A stretch of 62,568 nt of DNA, counting the filler, from Catajapyx aquilonaris (Eukaryota), in the NCBI GenBank assembly GCA_000934665.2. It is 3 parts of 3 records of this genome, joined end to end, with 100 filler letters (N's around TTAATTAATTAA, not from the genome) between each part and the next. Parts side by side here need not be neighbours in the genome. Positions count along the whole stretch, not along the records: positions 20,883 to 41,685 come from JYFJ02006197.1; 2 more parts are not named here. One strand, written 5' to 3'. Under the pieces are notes generated by a model. That model saw only the letters and a program-made list of their open reading frames with translations, searched no databases and was not told where the DNA came from. Within the stretch, counting starts at the first letter, position 1; every line of letters begins with the position of its first letter. The position numbers were made by a program, and so were the translations under genes. This document shows positions 24,501 to 37,274 of this stretch, one piece after another.

Positions 24501-27450
24501 CCTTCACCAGACTATAGGATATTTCAAACCCCGGCTAAGAAAAAAGCTAATAAGTATGGCCGACCTTCAGGGGGCATAATCGTGTTTGTCGCGGCTGAAG
24601 TGCGTAGTGAACAATTAGAAACCACGGACTATTATATTTTTGTTAGGTTTAAGGACATATTGGACAACGCCCTGGTCGTGGGCTTTATTTATTTGCCTCC
24701 AGATTCATGATTCCCTAAGTTGTTCATCGAGGTTGAAGAACAGATTTTGGCATATGAGCAAGTAGGTTGTCATAATTATACTATTGGGGGATTTCAATAG
24801 TAGGATATGCAACTTTTCACTGCCTTTGCAAGAAGCTTTCTTTTTAACCCTAACAGGGCCGATCAACACAGAAAGGACATCGAGAGATGATTCAATGGTA
24901 AACCAAAAAGGCAGATTGTTTATACCCTTCCTGGAGAATACTTTATTAACAATAATTTTGAATGGTTCGCATATTTACGACATAAATTGAGATTTTACTT
25001 TTGTGGCGAATAGAGGACACAGTGTGGTCGACTATCGTCTGGCTTCTCTACTGATTATAAATAGAATTCTTGATTTCGAAATTCTAAAAATTCCAGGATC
25101 GGATCACTTACCTATACAATTAAAATTGCAGGCTTATTCAGACAAGAAACTGGAAACGCAAGCGTATGTTGATAAATAATTTATACTTCCGCGTGAGGGA
25201 CTCAATTTAACAAGTGAGGAGCTAGACCAAAGCCTAGGGCAGAAGGATTTCCAGTCACTAGAGGTATGGCAACATTACTGGGACCTGAGGAGAATGCTAG
25301 ATATCCTCTTGAAAGAAAAGGGTTTGTAAAAAAAAGTAAAGGAGGTGGGAGGATCCACCCCCCCCCCCCTGCAGTCAAAGTGGTATGATCAAGACTTGAA
25401 AACGAGTAAGGAAAATCTCATCTTGAAGCTTAGGAAATGGTCCAAAACCAATATGGAGTCTGACAAAGCAGAATACTCATTGGCTACTAGAGCCCACAAG
25501 AATCAAATTAGGGCCAAACGGAAACGCATCACAGTTCACAAAATGCTAAATTCACCTTCCCAGACTGAATTTTGGAGGCTGGTGAAAGGTTTCGAAACTA
25601 GCGCAGCAAGGATAATGCCGCCCCAACAGCTGTGGTATGATTATTTATCGAATTTATTCTCAACTCAACTTAGCATAGAACCGGTATTCCAAGCGAATTT
25701 AATTCGTGCATTAAATCCGCTTGGAATACCGGCACATATTCCCCACCTGTTGTCACCATTTCGATATGCCTTTTACATCTCTAGAGCTAGCTAGTGCGAT
25801 AAAGAAACTCAAAGTAAAATCTTCCCTGGGTATGGACAATATCCCCAATTTGATATACAAGTTGAACTCAACATCACTGAACGAGAATCTGCTATCGTTA
25901 TATAACAACGTGCTCGAATCAGCGGTACTGGACAAGGACTGGGTTGAAATCAAAGTGATTCCGATACACAAAGGCGGACCGAATGTTCCGGAAAACTTCC
26001 GACCTATTTCTCTCTTAAACAACAGTTTAAAGATCTTCACGAACATGATAGTGAATCGAATTAGGGACTGGATCGAGTCCAATAATATCATGGCGGAAGA
26101 GCAGGCTGCTTTTCACCCGATACCACATATTATTATTTACCCTGCATATACACTGTATATATACTGTATTATCCCAAAAATACACAATTTAAAGGGGTAA
26201 ATTATATGCTCTATTTGTCGATCTAGCCAAAGCCTTTGACACGGTCCCACACTTACTCCTGTTCGAAGCTCTTGAAAGAATTATTCCAAGCCAAAAACTA
26301 CTAAACGTACTACAGGACCTATATTTCTCAGACTCTATAAATGTAGGTGATCAGCTGATGTCAAATATTCCCATACTAAAAGGAATATTGCAGGGTGAGC
26401 CACTATCCCCTCTCCTGTTCAACCTGTTCTTATCTGATCTGAAAAAAAGCGTTCGAAGATGCAGTCATACACGGAGTAAACTTTGGATCTAATACCGACG
26501 AGATCAATTTCCTCCAATTTGCCCACGACAATGTCCTGATAGCTGACCACATAATATATTTTTTGCAGCAACCCAGGTAGCACACTTCGTCGGCCCGACC
26601 TCACCCCAAAATCGGCCCGAAGTCACATTCACCGGCTCTGTAACGGCCGACGTAGCCGGTCTAGCGCCGACGTTGGCCCGCTGTATCCGACCCGGGCAAT
26701 GCCCGTTCACCTTCCTCGTTCATCGGCGCGATTTGGCCCGATGTCGGGCCAAGATCCCGCCGACTATATGCGCGCGCATCACCGGACTCCCCCGCTCCCC
26801 CACTCCACGAACTACACCGCCCTCCTCCTACTAGCTGCCCCCATCCACCCCCCTCACCCTCCTCGGCTAGGCCTAGACGCCTAGTCGGCTTAGTGTGGCT
26901 TCTCCTCGGTGGTGGTCTACCCGTGCGGCAAGGGCGGTTTCCTGTCCTCGTCTCTATAGTTTCGATGCCATAGTTCTCTGGACCTGCATACTCGGACCTC
27001 TCGGATCTGCTTCGCACCTGCGGGCGCATGTGGTACGTGTCGTACATGTATTGTACAACCGTATTGTATTGTGCTGACCTCATTACGCGCCATCCTCATC
27101 TGCACTTATTATTACATTAACAGGTATTTTTGCGGGGGAGTGTAACCGGTCTAGTGATGTGCGGCATGGCTACAGCTTGGCGACAAGGGACGATGACATT
27201 ATTTTGGGCACAACTGAATGCGATGATCGTTTCGCATCATCATCATCATCTCCATCGTCCTCAGCATCAACCTCATCGTTAGCAGCAGCAGCAACCCAAA
27301 CTGCACGACCTCACGATGAAGGTAATATTTAGCTCTGGGAAGGCACACTGGGAAGGTACGGTATAGTGGAGTTGGCACACTGTAGTAGGCTACATACCCC
27401 AAATGTGTAATTTGGGTGAGCAAGGCTGGACAGGAGGGAAGTGTTGGGTA

Positions 27451-27682
27451 CACTGAAAACCGCAAAACATTAAAAGAGCATCACTGGTGAGTCTCTCACG
27501 GAACATCAATTTTTAATGCACTTCTAATGCTCTTGTGATGCTCTTGTGATGCTCTTGCGATGCTCCTGTGATGCTTTTTTCTTGCTAAAAAGCATCACTA
27601 GAGCATCAACAGAGCATTAAAAATTGATGTTCCGTGAGAGACTCACCAGTGATGCTCTTTTAATGTTTGGCGGTTTACAGTG
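27451..27682. mobile_element. CACT-terminated palindromic MITE
   Basis: ~70-bp TIR CACTG.AAACCGC.AAACATTAAAAGAGCATC, TA flanks, internal 11-bp repeats. Confidence 0.8.
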
Positions 27683-27970
27683 TAGGTGGGTGAGGAAGGA
27701 AGGTGAAGGGTGGGGGGAAGGCAGGTAGTGGTGCAGGTTTTTTAAAAAGCTTGATTGTGTCAATTTATTGTAGTGTTAATGCTATACATGTACGTCCAGC
27801 AGTTACCAGTGACAGAAGACAATGTACACTTGGTATGCCAACGTCTGCCAATCTAATAGGAACCTATTATCAGTCATGCCCTTCAACATTGCTTTCCATA
27901 ACAAAATAGGGAAATGTAGTAGAGAGCTGACAGTGTGCAAGTTGTCGGATGTTCATATTCCATGCATAAT

Positions 27971-28765
27971 TGGTCATGTGATTGAAGTAACTCCACTAAT
28001 ATTAGTCCTTATTAATTATTTCTTTGACGAACTTGACCCCGCATGAATGCGATTGGAAATTTCTTGCCAATCTTCTTCCGGCTTGATACATTCCTGAATG
28101 AATGGGACTACTTGGGCTGTCGAGCACGCGACAGGCCATTTTGCAGATTTTCCACTGTGTACAACCCAGTCACATGGGATGACCTCTACTGCATCTTCCC
28201 CAACAAAGGAAGCCATTACATAGTTCTTGGCTGCCGGCTGGCATTCAGTGTGCTTGAGAGCTGCTAATGAAAATGAAGTGTGTAAATAGCAGGCACATAA
28301 GTATAATGTACATTTTCCTATGCATAATCAACTAACATTAATAAATTGCATGTTTCAGAGCCAAACACTATATATAGTGTTTGCAAACACAACTGTACTA
28401 TGGCTCTGAAACATGCAATTTATTAATGCATAGGAAAATGTACATTATACGTATGTGCCTGCTATTTACACACTTCATTTTCATTAGCAGCTCTCAAACA
28501 CACTGAAAGGCAGCCAGCCAAGAACTATGTAATTGCTTCCTTTGTTGGGGAAGACGCAGTGGAGGTCATCCCATGTGACTGGGTCGTACCAAGAGCTTGG
28601 CCTGTAGCTTGCTTGACATCCCAAGTAGCCCGATTCATTCGGGAAACCATCAAGCCGGAAGAAGATTGGCAAGAAATTGCCATTCGCATTCATGCGGGGT
28701 CAAGTTCGTCAAATAAATAATTAATAAGGACTAATATTAGTGGTGTTACTTCAATCACATAACCA
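27971..28765. repeat. ~390-bp-arm inverted duplication of an EnSpm accessory exon
   Basis: Arms are reverse complements; both encode FVGEDAVEVIPCDW...KPEEDWQEI. Confidence 0.85.
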
Positions 28766-29534
28766 TTTTCTAATTGCATGTAATTGTATTGCAGTAATGA
28801 GGGCTACCATGGTCAAAGGACTACGTTGCTGTTCAGCTATGAAGGCCGATGAGCGAAGCGGCCTTCTGGGCAGCTGCAGATAGCCAAAGTTGTCATCGGT
28901 AAGTACATATATCAGTTATAGCCCACATATTTTCCCACCATTTCTGATGATCAGTAATATGCAACTTAATAATGTTTCTTTCACAATTTCAGCTGCAGTT
29001 CAGCTGAAATATCCCCAGCACGCTGGGACACAAGAAGTAGCCCAGAAGATGGGGAATTTCCTGAGTGGAGCAGCGGACAGGAAAGGGGGGAGGAAATGTA
29101 TGGTAAACAGCAATAAGGGCAAAACAAACTGACTTGTGAGTGTACAAACAAAAAGGAAAATATATATGGTATATTATTGTGTATAGTGTTCATTTTTTAA
29201 TCATTTTTACCAATGCCGGTTATGCAGATTCATGCAGTAAAACCCCCATATTACGTAATGGTGGCCTCGCGTACATATAATATGGGGTTTTACTGTATTG
29301 ATCAAAACATAGCTATAAGTATTGTTTTTGTTTGTTGCAGGGGTCTATAAAGCATGAAAATGACGTCAGGTTTCATATAAATATAGGGTATAATGTAGAT
29401 CGGGTCAGCACTGTATGCCAACATCGGCCCAACATCAGATGCCAACGTCGGCCTGATGTGACAAAAAGTTAACCGTTTTACATTGGCCCGACATCGCTCC
29501 CCCAACATTGGCCCGGCGTCATTTGCCGACGTCG

Positions 29535-30610
29535 CACAGTGGGATGAAATCGAAAAAAACATGGCAATGGCAAAGAAAGCCTCATAAAATAACTGGATCT
29601 ATACGAAAATCAGGAATAAGGGGTTCTTCTGGTCGAGGAATTCAAATCCGTTGCTAAAAATTCAATATTCAAAATGTCGGATCCAAAATGGCGGACATCA
29701 AGACTGAAACTAGCCGCATTGAAACAAAAATCAGGATTGAGGGGTTCTTCTGGTCGCGGAATTCAAATCCGTTGCTAAAAATTCAATATTCAAAATGGCG
29801 GACATCAAGACTGAAACTAGCCGCATTGAAACGAAAATCAGGATTGAGGGGTTCTTCTGGTCGCGGAATTCAAATCCGTTGCTAAAAATTCAATATTCAA
29901 AGTTTCAGTCTTGATGTCCGCCATATTGGATCCGCCATTTTGAATCTTGAATTTTTAGCAACGGATTTGAATTCCGCGACCAGAAGAACCCCTTATTCCT
30001 GATTTTCGTATAGATCAAGTTATTTTATGAGGCTTTCTTTGCCTTTGACATGTTTTTTTTCGATTTGGTCCCACTGTGCGCCCCTCCAGAAAGAAACACG
30101 TATTGTTTCCAGATGGGCACCTTTCGGCAGCTGATATTTTTTCGCTTGTGTCAAACAGGGTAATAGCCATCGGGTGACGTAAAAACGGACACCCCATCTA
30201 ACCCCATGCTTTTTGAATCTTCACGACTTGTTGGTAATTATCAGTTAATTGACCGATAATGCTTGCTTGCTTCTACAGAGGTCAGGAATGCCTGCGGTAC
30301 GGTTTTTTCGTGCCAGTTAGACGGAACAATGTTTTTGCTACTCTTACAAGAAGAAATTTTTACCCTCTATTAATGTTTATAACTATCAGGGGATACCTTT
30401 GTAACATGGTCGCAATGATTGGGATTAGGTGTGAATGAAATGCAGGATTTCTGGGCCGTGAATAAGGCTTTATGAGATGTTCAAACCTGACATCGTTATC
30501 CATACATGATGGCCTTGATACTTTAGAACATATCTACGTGGATTGCGGACCCATCCAAGCATCTTTATAAAATGGGTTTGCCATGTTTTTTTCGATTTCA
30601 TCTCACTGTG
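29535..30610. mobile_element. Transib-type MITE
   Basis: CACAGTG termini, perfect 5-bp TSD CGTCG (29530-29534, 30611-30615), internal 121/107-bp tandem repeats, extra TIR ending at 30078. Confidence 0.85.
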
Positions 30611-30817
30611 CGTCGGGCCGACGACGTGCGCTACCTGGGAAGCGTCAAATGTGTTGTCGGACTACATTAAACGAAAGGAAATGAAAATTAATATAACAAA
30701 GACTCAACTAATGAATTTCCGTCGAGGGGGTGTAGTATCAAAGAGGTATAGAATAATAATGGAAGGTAAACAAATAGAAATAGTTGCGGAATACAAATAC
30801 TTCGGGGTTATTTTCTC

Positions 30818-31108
30818 CTGGTTCGATCCCAGACCTGGGTTTCCCCCTTCATCTCGTGCAGAGTTCAGGGTCACCTCTGGCTTCGTCTCGGGTGGTATTT
30901 CCAACAGACTAAACCACCCGGGGGAGTTCGCTAAAAATTGCCACATTAAGACATTGTACTGCACCTTGCACATCCCCTCCTGTCATCCTGCCCGTGGGCC
31001 CGGGCGTTTCAAAAATATGGTCTATGTACTACAAGTTACAATAAACGTCCGTTCCGCATACCCTATATAGGGTCAGGCACTACCCAAGAATTATTTATTA
31101 TTATTAAT
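30818..31108 (+). mobile_element. 5'-truncated tRNA-derived SINE in the LINE
   Basis: Starts at B box GGTTCGATCCC and ends in a (TTA)n-like tail; LINE-like coding sequence resumes afterwards. Confidence 0.55.
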
Positions 31109-31769
31109 TACTAAGTTTCTTAAAAACACGGCAAGAGCTCTGGCGAAAGCGAAATCACTATCAAACGCATCTCAATCTATTCTCCAAAGTTTAAAGGCCA
31201 GAAACCTCTCAGTTGCCAACAACCACTCTGGACCACTGACCCTGATCAGCTGTGCTAGGCATTTGACAGTCGCTTCTGCNCCCCCCCCCACCCCCACATG
31301 AATAGGGGCATAATACTTGGGGTGATAGTGACAGGCTTCTGACTAGTAGTAATACCGGCCGAGTATAACTCGATGAAACGTGTTACTTGCTAGGAGACGG
31401 TGGACATGCAACTAGTGTACGGTGCAGCGGCAGGAAACCGACGAGGACAGTGCATGTACAGTACGTACCAGGTTCAAAGAGCATGTGCCGGACCAGGTCA
31501 GTCTGAAGGTCAGTCTAAAGGTAATCCAAGTGTGTTGGTAGTGTAGCTGGTGCTATCCATGGACGCAATTACTTGAGTCTGGTGACGCCCATCATAATTA
31601 TCCATCCTTATACCAACGCCAGTGAGTGCGACCTCTTGGTTTATCCGTATGTGCTTTGACAGTAGGGGCTGAGGATATACTCTAACAACCGTGGGGCTGA
31701 GGATCAAAACCCGGCCAACTGACATTTTCTTGAAAATGAGATAGGCACGGCATATGGATCTGAGCAACC

Positions 31770-32480
31770 CCCAGTCACTCCCTATACCACTACATTGCTA
31801 CCCCCGTGAGCTTAGCTAACCTCCCCCACCGAGGAGGATTGGCCACGGTCGGCGCTAGAGTCAATTGCCGGGATGGTGGCGCCTTACGGCCTAGCGGAGC
31901 AATTCTAAACATTTAGGGTCGACTCCGATTGGCTGGAGTCTGAAAGACCTCATATGGAGAGCCATGTTGTGGCCTGTTGTAATATTGCATCATACTCTGC
32001 AATAAGAACGTGTTGTAGCATTGCACCATAATGGGCAATCAGTATACAGAACTCGAGGGATTTCCCCTCTCATCCCCCATCTCCAATAAGACCAGGCCGC
32101 CCCTCCTTACCTCACCTCCTCCCAACTCGCCCTATGCCTATCCACACACCCGAGAGTGAATCAGTCGTCGTCCTCTCACCATCCAAGATGTAACCACGCT
32201 TAGTTCAGTCTACAATATACTGTACAAACCTTATTATAACTTCTCAATTGACTCTGGCTATTTATTTGAAATACCCAACAACACAAGACAACGAAGTTAT
32301 AACATGACCCAAGGAGGTCAGCAAATCGGAGTCGACCCTAATGGTTCAGAATTGCCCCGCTAGGTAAGGCGTGACCGGGCGTGACCATCTCAGCAGTTGA
32401 CTCCAGTGCCGACCGTGGCCAATCCCCCTCGGTGGGGGAGATTAGGTAAGCTCACGCGAAAAGATCGAGAGTGACTGTGG
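31770..32480. mobile_element. Long-inverted-repeat element with a probable solo LTR (31965-32285) in its centre
   Basis: Arms 31806-31935 and 32319-32456; central TG...CA segment flanked by AGCCA/AGACA. Confidence 0.5.
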
Positions 32481-34911
32481 GCTGGTTCTGAGGGTGCCCT
32501 GCACATTTCCTCTGAATGTGGTATCAAAACCAGCACTCCTTATTCCCATGGTAATTGAGGGGAGAAAAGATGCTTAGGATTAAAATCTGATAACTGCGAA
32601 ACAAATTTTCGAGAAATGTGAAACAAAAGTGTCTGCAGTGTCTGTCAAAAACCGCCAACTACTGCTTGCGAAATGAGTGAAGAAATAATGCAATAAATGC
32701 ATCCACTTCGCTTTTCGCATCAATAAACGCCAAATAATACGTACGTTCTGTAGAAATCCGACCCTCCAACTGCAACAAACAACAGTTAATATTGTTGACA
32801 AACAAATTCAATTATAGATTTTAAATGTATTCATATACTGTATAAATATAGCTTATGCGCCTACAGTACCGCTTCCCAAAGTTGACGTCTATAACAGTTA
32901 TTGTAATGAAATGACAGGTCTTTCTCAAAAATATCTCCATTTTACTCTCCATGTAGTTGGCCGGTTTTTGCTCGTGAGCCCATTATTACAAGAGTGATCC
33001 ACTGGTGCTTAGGAGTTCACCGTAGAAGGCTGTCGGGTGAATAATTATTATAAAACACCTTGAATATCCCTGGAAAGTTTGCAGCCTTTTCATATACTGT
33101 AAGTTTGCTAATTTCAAACTTAGCTATTGGAATTATTAGGATCAGCATTGCTCTCCACCTCTGAAAGGTCTCGAGTTCGATCTCTGAATCGGATAGAAGA
33201 ATTGTTTCAAAATGTTCTTTCCATATTTGCGTGATGTTTGTGTGCATTTCCTTTCTTCCCGCAATCAAAATCCGTCTTAGCGCAATGATTCAAATTTTAA
33301 AAGATGAACCATAAAAGGCCCCATCAGTATGCTGTTATTACTGGCGCATTGCTGTTGTACTAACGTTTTGCTCACGACTGTACAGTCCCATGGTTTTTTT
33401 AACTCCCTCATCGTAATGAGAGGCCATTTTCAAATTTGTTTACAAGTGACTATTGCAATAATGGATGTTCCACATTCAGCCAGATGATTCAGTTCGATGC
33501 GGCAGTTTCCGTGGAGGCCTGTATGGACACATTCTGGTGCAGTGTATAGAGTGATCTGTAATGATGATCAGTCTTTTATTCAGTAAATGCGGAGGCAGAC
33601 GAGTCGGTATAGCTATTACTGGTCACCTTCGCACGTCGATACAGTAGGCTACTCTTCCCTTATCGATCCACAGACTATCACTAGTGCGCATCATTTCGGC
33701 TGGCACCAGCATGGTACAGCTTGTGAAGATGGTCAACATGTCAGTATCAATCATTGGTGGGACATGTCCGATGCAATGATCACACCTAAATAAAATAATC
33801 AATAATAAAAAACAACAATCTGTTTGTGGACAGCAGCTATAATTAATCTGTGTCCCTTCGGGTTATTCTATAGAGACACATTTGGTCCGACCCGACTAAA
33901 TGATAGCCATGGGGAAAAAGGTAAACTGGCCCTTGGTCTACCGGCGTTTGTAGGCAAACAACCCTGAGAGAAAGCGCCTTGGGGGAAGGGCACAGCGGGA
34001 ACTTATGTACAGGTTCAAATAATTTATGATCCGGTCCCATCTCCGAAGGAAAAAGGATTTGTGGTCAGGGAAGAACAAATAACTGGCTTACAGGGCCGTT
34101 GGAGTTTAGGAAGGAGGGGAGGGGGTCATGCATGCTACAAATTGCATATTTGTACTGTTTATACTCTTGCCCAAATTTTCCTCTCGTGCAGAACTCTCGT
34201 CCCACACAAGCCACATTCTTTATTCGGGTAGGCATGTACTGTATGTTTAGCGGAGAAGGTCGATACTACACACACACATACAATAATCATATCGTATAGT
34301 ACGACAAAATGAATAAGGCTGGCCATCCGAACGAGCGGGTGGAATAATGGTGTTGCTCAAAAAAATATCAAGGATGGTTCTAAGCTTTGTGGGAAGTAAC
34401 TTTAGTAGCCTAGAGGTGATTAATAACTGAATAATTCGTATAACTTTATTGGTGTTGCCTGCAAGAAAGGAACAACTTCAAATCGCAGTCTTGTGTATAA
34501 ACTATAAGGTGTTACCATAAAACCCGTTACTCTTAATAAATTAATAAGTATTTTATTTAGGAAACATTCATTCAGAATATTTCTTCAGTCCATCAAAAAT
34601 AATGCGAATATTTTTGATGTGCATAGATAATTATCATGAGTAGTCATATTCCAGCCCTTTGGTGAAGTTAGCCACAAAATTTAAAACGAAAACTACTTAC
34701 CGGTGCCATTTTGCACCGAAGAGAACAGCGTGCAATAAAATTCAATCAAGCAACCATCTAATCAATAAACTTTCCTGATTTTTTTACTTGGTAAAGTAGC
34801 GGGCTACTTAAAGCATTATCCGGAATGAAAAGTTTCATTTTGTCGCATTTTGTATAGTTTTGTAACACGGTAAACGGTTACAAGTGTGCTAATCTACGTA
34901 CATTGCAATAA

Positions 34912-36329
34912 AATAATTGTGGGACATTTTCTACGGGATGCTTCTTAAACTAAATAATTCCCTTTCTGACTAGGAAATACTGACTATGAAAAATGGAAAA
35001 TCTTGACATTCGTGTCACATTCCCGCTCCTCTTTGTCTCTCCCTCCATATTATTCACTCCTTATTCCGTCAACTACCAACATTAGCGACGAGAGACTTCC
35101 GCCAGAAGGATTCTCTTTTTCAATCTATTTCGCTCTCGCCTCTGTTCCGTCTCGCAATGAAAGGGAAATAGTAAGACTGCCAAGGTCTCGCATAATGAAC
35201 CACACCTTTTTCTTCAAACTTTCTCCTCCTTCTTCAACTTACTTCCCTTATTCCTCCCTCCCCCTTTCTCCTAGACTAGGATAAAATAATAAATTCTACC
35301 TAATTAAGCTCCTCCTAACGCATACAGATTCAACCAAATTCCTTCCCTCTTCTCTTTTCTTCACAAATTAGATAAAGTGAAATTCTGCATTGTAAGGTTT
35401 CTTGGCAGTTCAGATTAAGTCAATTGGGCGCGATCCCGTAAAATACGATGAGGATTTGTGTGCGCCAAATTAAGTAATACGACTTTACGATTTTTCCTCT
35501 CGGAAAGAGACTATATAAGACGTCTCTGAATTTTTTTAAAGCTTTATTCTTTCAACTGTGGTCTGGGGAGGCATCAAAATACGGTGTGTCCTGAATCAAT
35601 TTCGGAGCTTGTCTAGATATTGTATTGAAGCCGGAATGATGAAGCCGTCTGTGATATTCCTGAACTGATTTTCTCTTGGGTTGATTGCAGGAGGAAAAGC
35701 ACAAAATCATTCCACCTTCTCGCCATTTCCTTCTAGGAATGAAATGAAGCCATTTCTAAATAGGCTGAGGAGAGCAGTCCAGCTTTTTAAACTCCAGAAG
35801 AATAATAATCCAATTGAAAAATGCTACTCATATTATTGCACATATGAAGAAAGGAATTTAGGAATTTGGAGAGAGGGGGATAGAATCGGGCTCTGTCAAA
35901 GTCTTCCCAATATTCAAAAACGTCATGTATAAAATTTGTCCCCAAGTCAATAGCAGTTTCTTAGGATAAATTTTTGATGCCAAAAATGGTCTTCCAAAGA
36001 GGTATTCTCTGTCGCCCACTTCGCCTTGCTTTGGTCTTGTATAGTCTCATAAGTTTTGTGAATGAAAATTCAGACTTCAAAGGAGGAAGAAAGTCTTTTG
36101 AGTCGATGCAGTTCTTGTGAACAAGTGACCTTTGCAATGAAATTAAGCCAAGGGGCAAGTCCCAATTCATTAGGCTTTCCTAAGCAAGAAAGATCTTCGC
36201 CAGCCCATCTTTTAAAGCGAAATTAAGTGAGCCATTAACGTACAAGCCTAATTCCTTGGAATTAGGTCAGTACTGCGTATAATCTGCTGTCTTGAAAATT
36301 TTGCCTGCAAACGGTGGGAGTTTCGACAT
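34912..36329 (-). pseudogene. Decayed reading frame, candidate endogenous viral element (negative-strand RNA virus L-protein N-terminus-like)
   Basis: One frame from ATG 36329 runs ~180 codons with only 3 stops. After frameshifts: ETLQCRISLYLICE and VWFIMRDLGSLTISLSLRD. Confidence 0.4.
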
Positions 36330-36812
36330 TTTGCATAACGACTTCTGCGGAGATAATGCAAATTCCACCTCCCCCTCTCCCGGTTTTTCCCCATTGTCAA
36401 CACGGGTGGGCTAATTAGCTTTCTTGTTCCCAAAGTTCAACAGCTCCAAGGTTAGACTTCGTCATTGACGTATTTACAATCACTCGTATAAAGAATGGTG
36501 CAGAGCAGCGGGCCATTCGTCCACAGTGCTGCCTTTTCACAGTACCTTTCTATTTTAATTTAATTTAAATTAAATTACACAGTGATATAATTGAAGGGCT
36601 CCATGGAAGAAGGGGTAACTATAACAAGGAATCCATTTCGAGATAATGCAAGGCAAAGTTTATTGCTTATATCTTTGGATGAGTGATAATATTAATTTCC
36701 CTGTGGGTTTCACATGGTAACCTCATGATGCGAAACCTTTCTCGTTACTGACGTATCCTGGTAGATCCCGCTCGCGCGGTGAAAAATAAAGCTATTCAAA
36801 ATGACATGGTAT

Positions 36813-37149
36813 TGTGACCGATTTTCTTTTGGACATGACTATCCCGGTCATATTATTTTGTACCTCAATGTACTTGCACCCCCAATTGGTCAACTTTTTC
36901 CATCACTGTTTCCCATCACGCCTTGCGTTGCTCCACTATAAAAGCACGCATTGCGGAGGCCTCTGGGCCATTATCTAGGAGAATATCCTGGAGACTGGTC
37001 TGAGACTGGTCGCTCCTGACTACCTCCCCTAACCTTGCTATCCTTTTCCTCCCATCTTTTGGTTACCTACTGAAACGGAATAAACTGTCTGTCTTAAACT
37101 GAACCCACTGACGTGTATTTTGTGTGTGCACCTTACCGCTCAGGTCACA
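36813..37149 (+). mobile_element. Solo LTR (Gypsy-type)
   Basis: TGTGACC...GGTCACA termini, perfect 4-bp TSD GTAT, TATAAAA at 36937, AATAAA at 37079. Confidence 0.9.
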
Positions 37150-37274
37150 GTATGTACTTATCCCTATCTTCCACGGGCATTTCAATGCACAAATGTGGTA
37201 ACAGTGAATGAAAGTAAGTCCGAACATATTCATCGTGAAATGAATATTTTATTATTGGGGGAGTGGATCTTATA

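Larger units (their letters stand above)
26572..30639 (+). mobile_element. Non-autonomous EnSpm/CACTA element with accessory (DUF4806-like) gene remnants
   Basis: TIR CCCAGGTAGC.CAC.TCGTCGGCCCGAC and 2-bp TSD AA; removal restores RT frame LQQASNVLSDY. Exons VEVIPCDW...WP...P..DW (28500-28720) and FLSGAADRKGGRK (28993-29100). Confidence 0.85.
23871..31200 (+). mobile_element. Decayed LINE (ORF1 remnant plus APE-RT ORF2), split by EnSpm and SINE insertions
   Basis: ORF1 coiled coil ...IDLEYRGRRSNVI. APE motifs WNLAG, ETW, GDFN, SDH. RT motifs FRPISLL, FVDLAKAFD, GILQGEPLSP, FAHD (~26520). Resumes at 30640 (INITKT, YKYFGV). Multiple stops and frameshifts. Confidence 0.9.
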
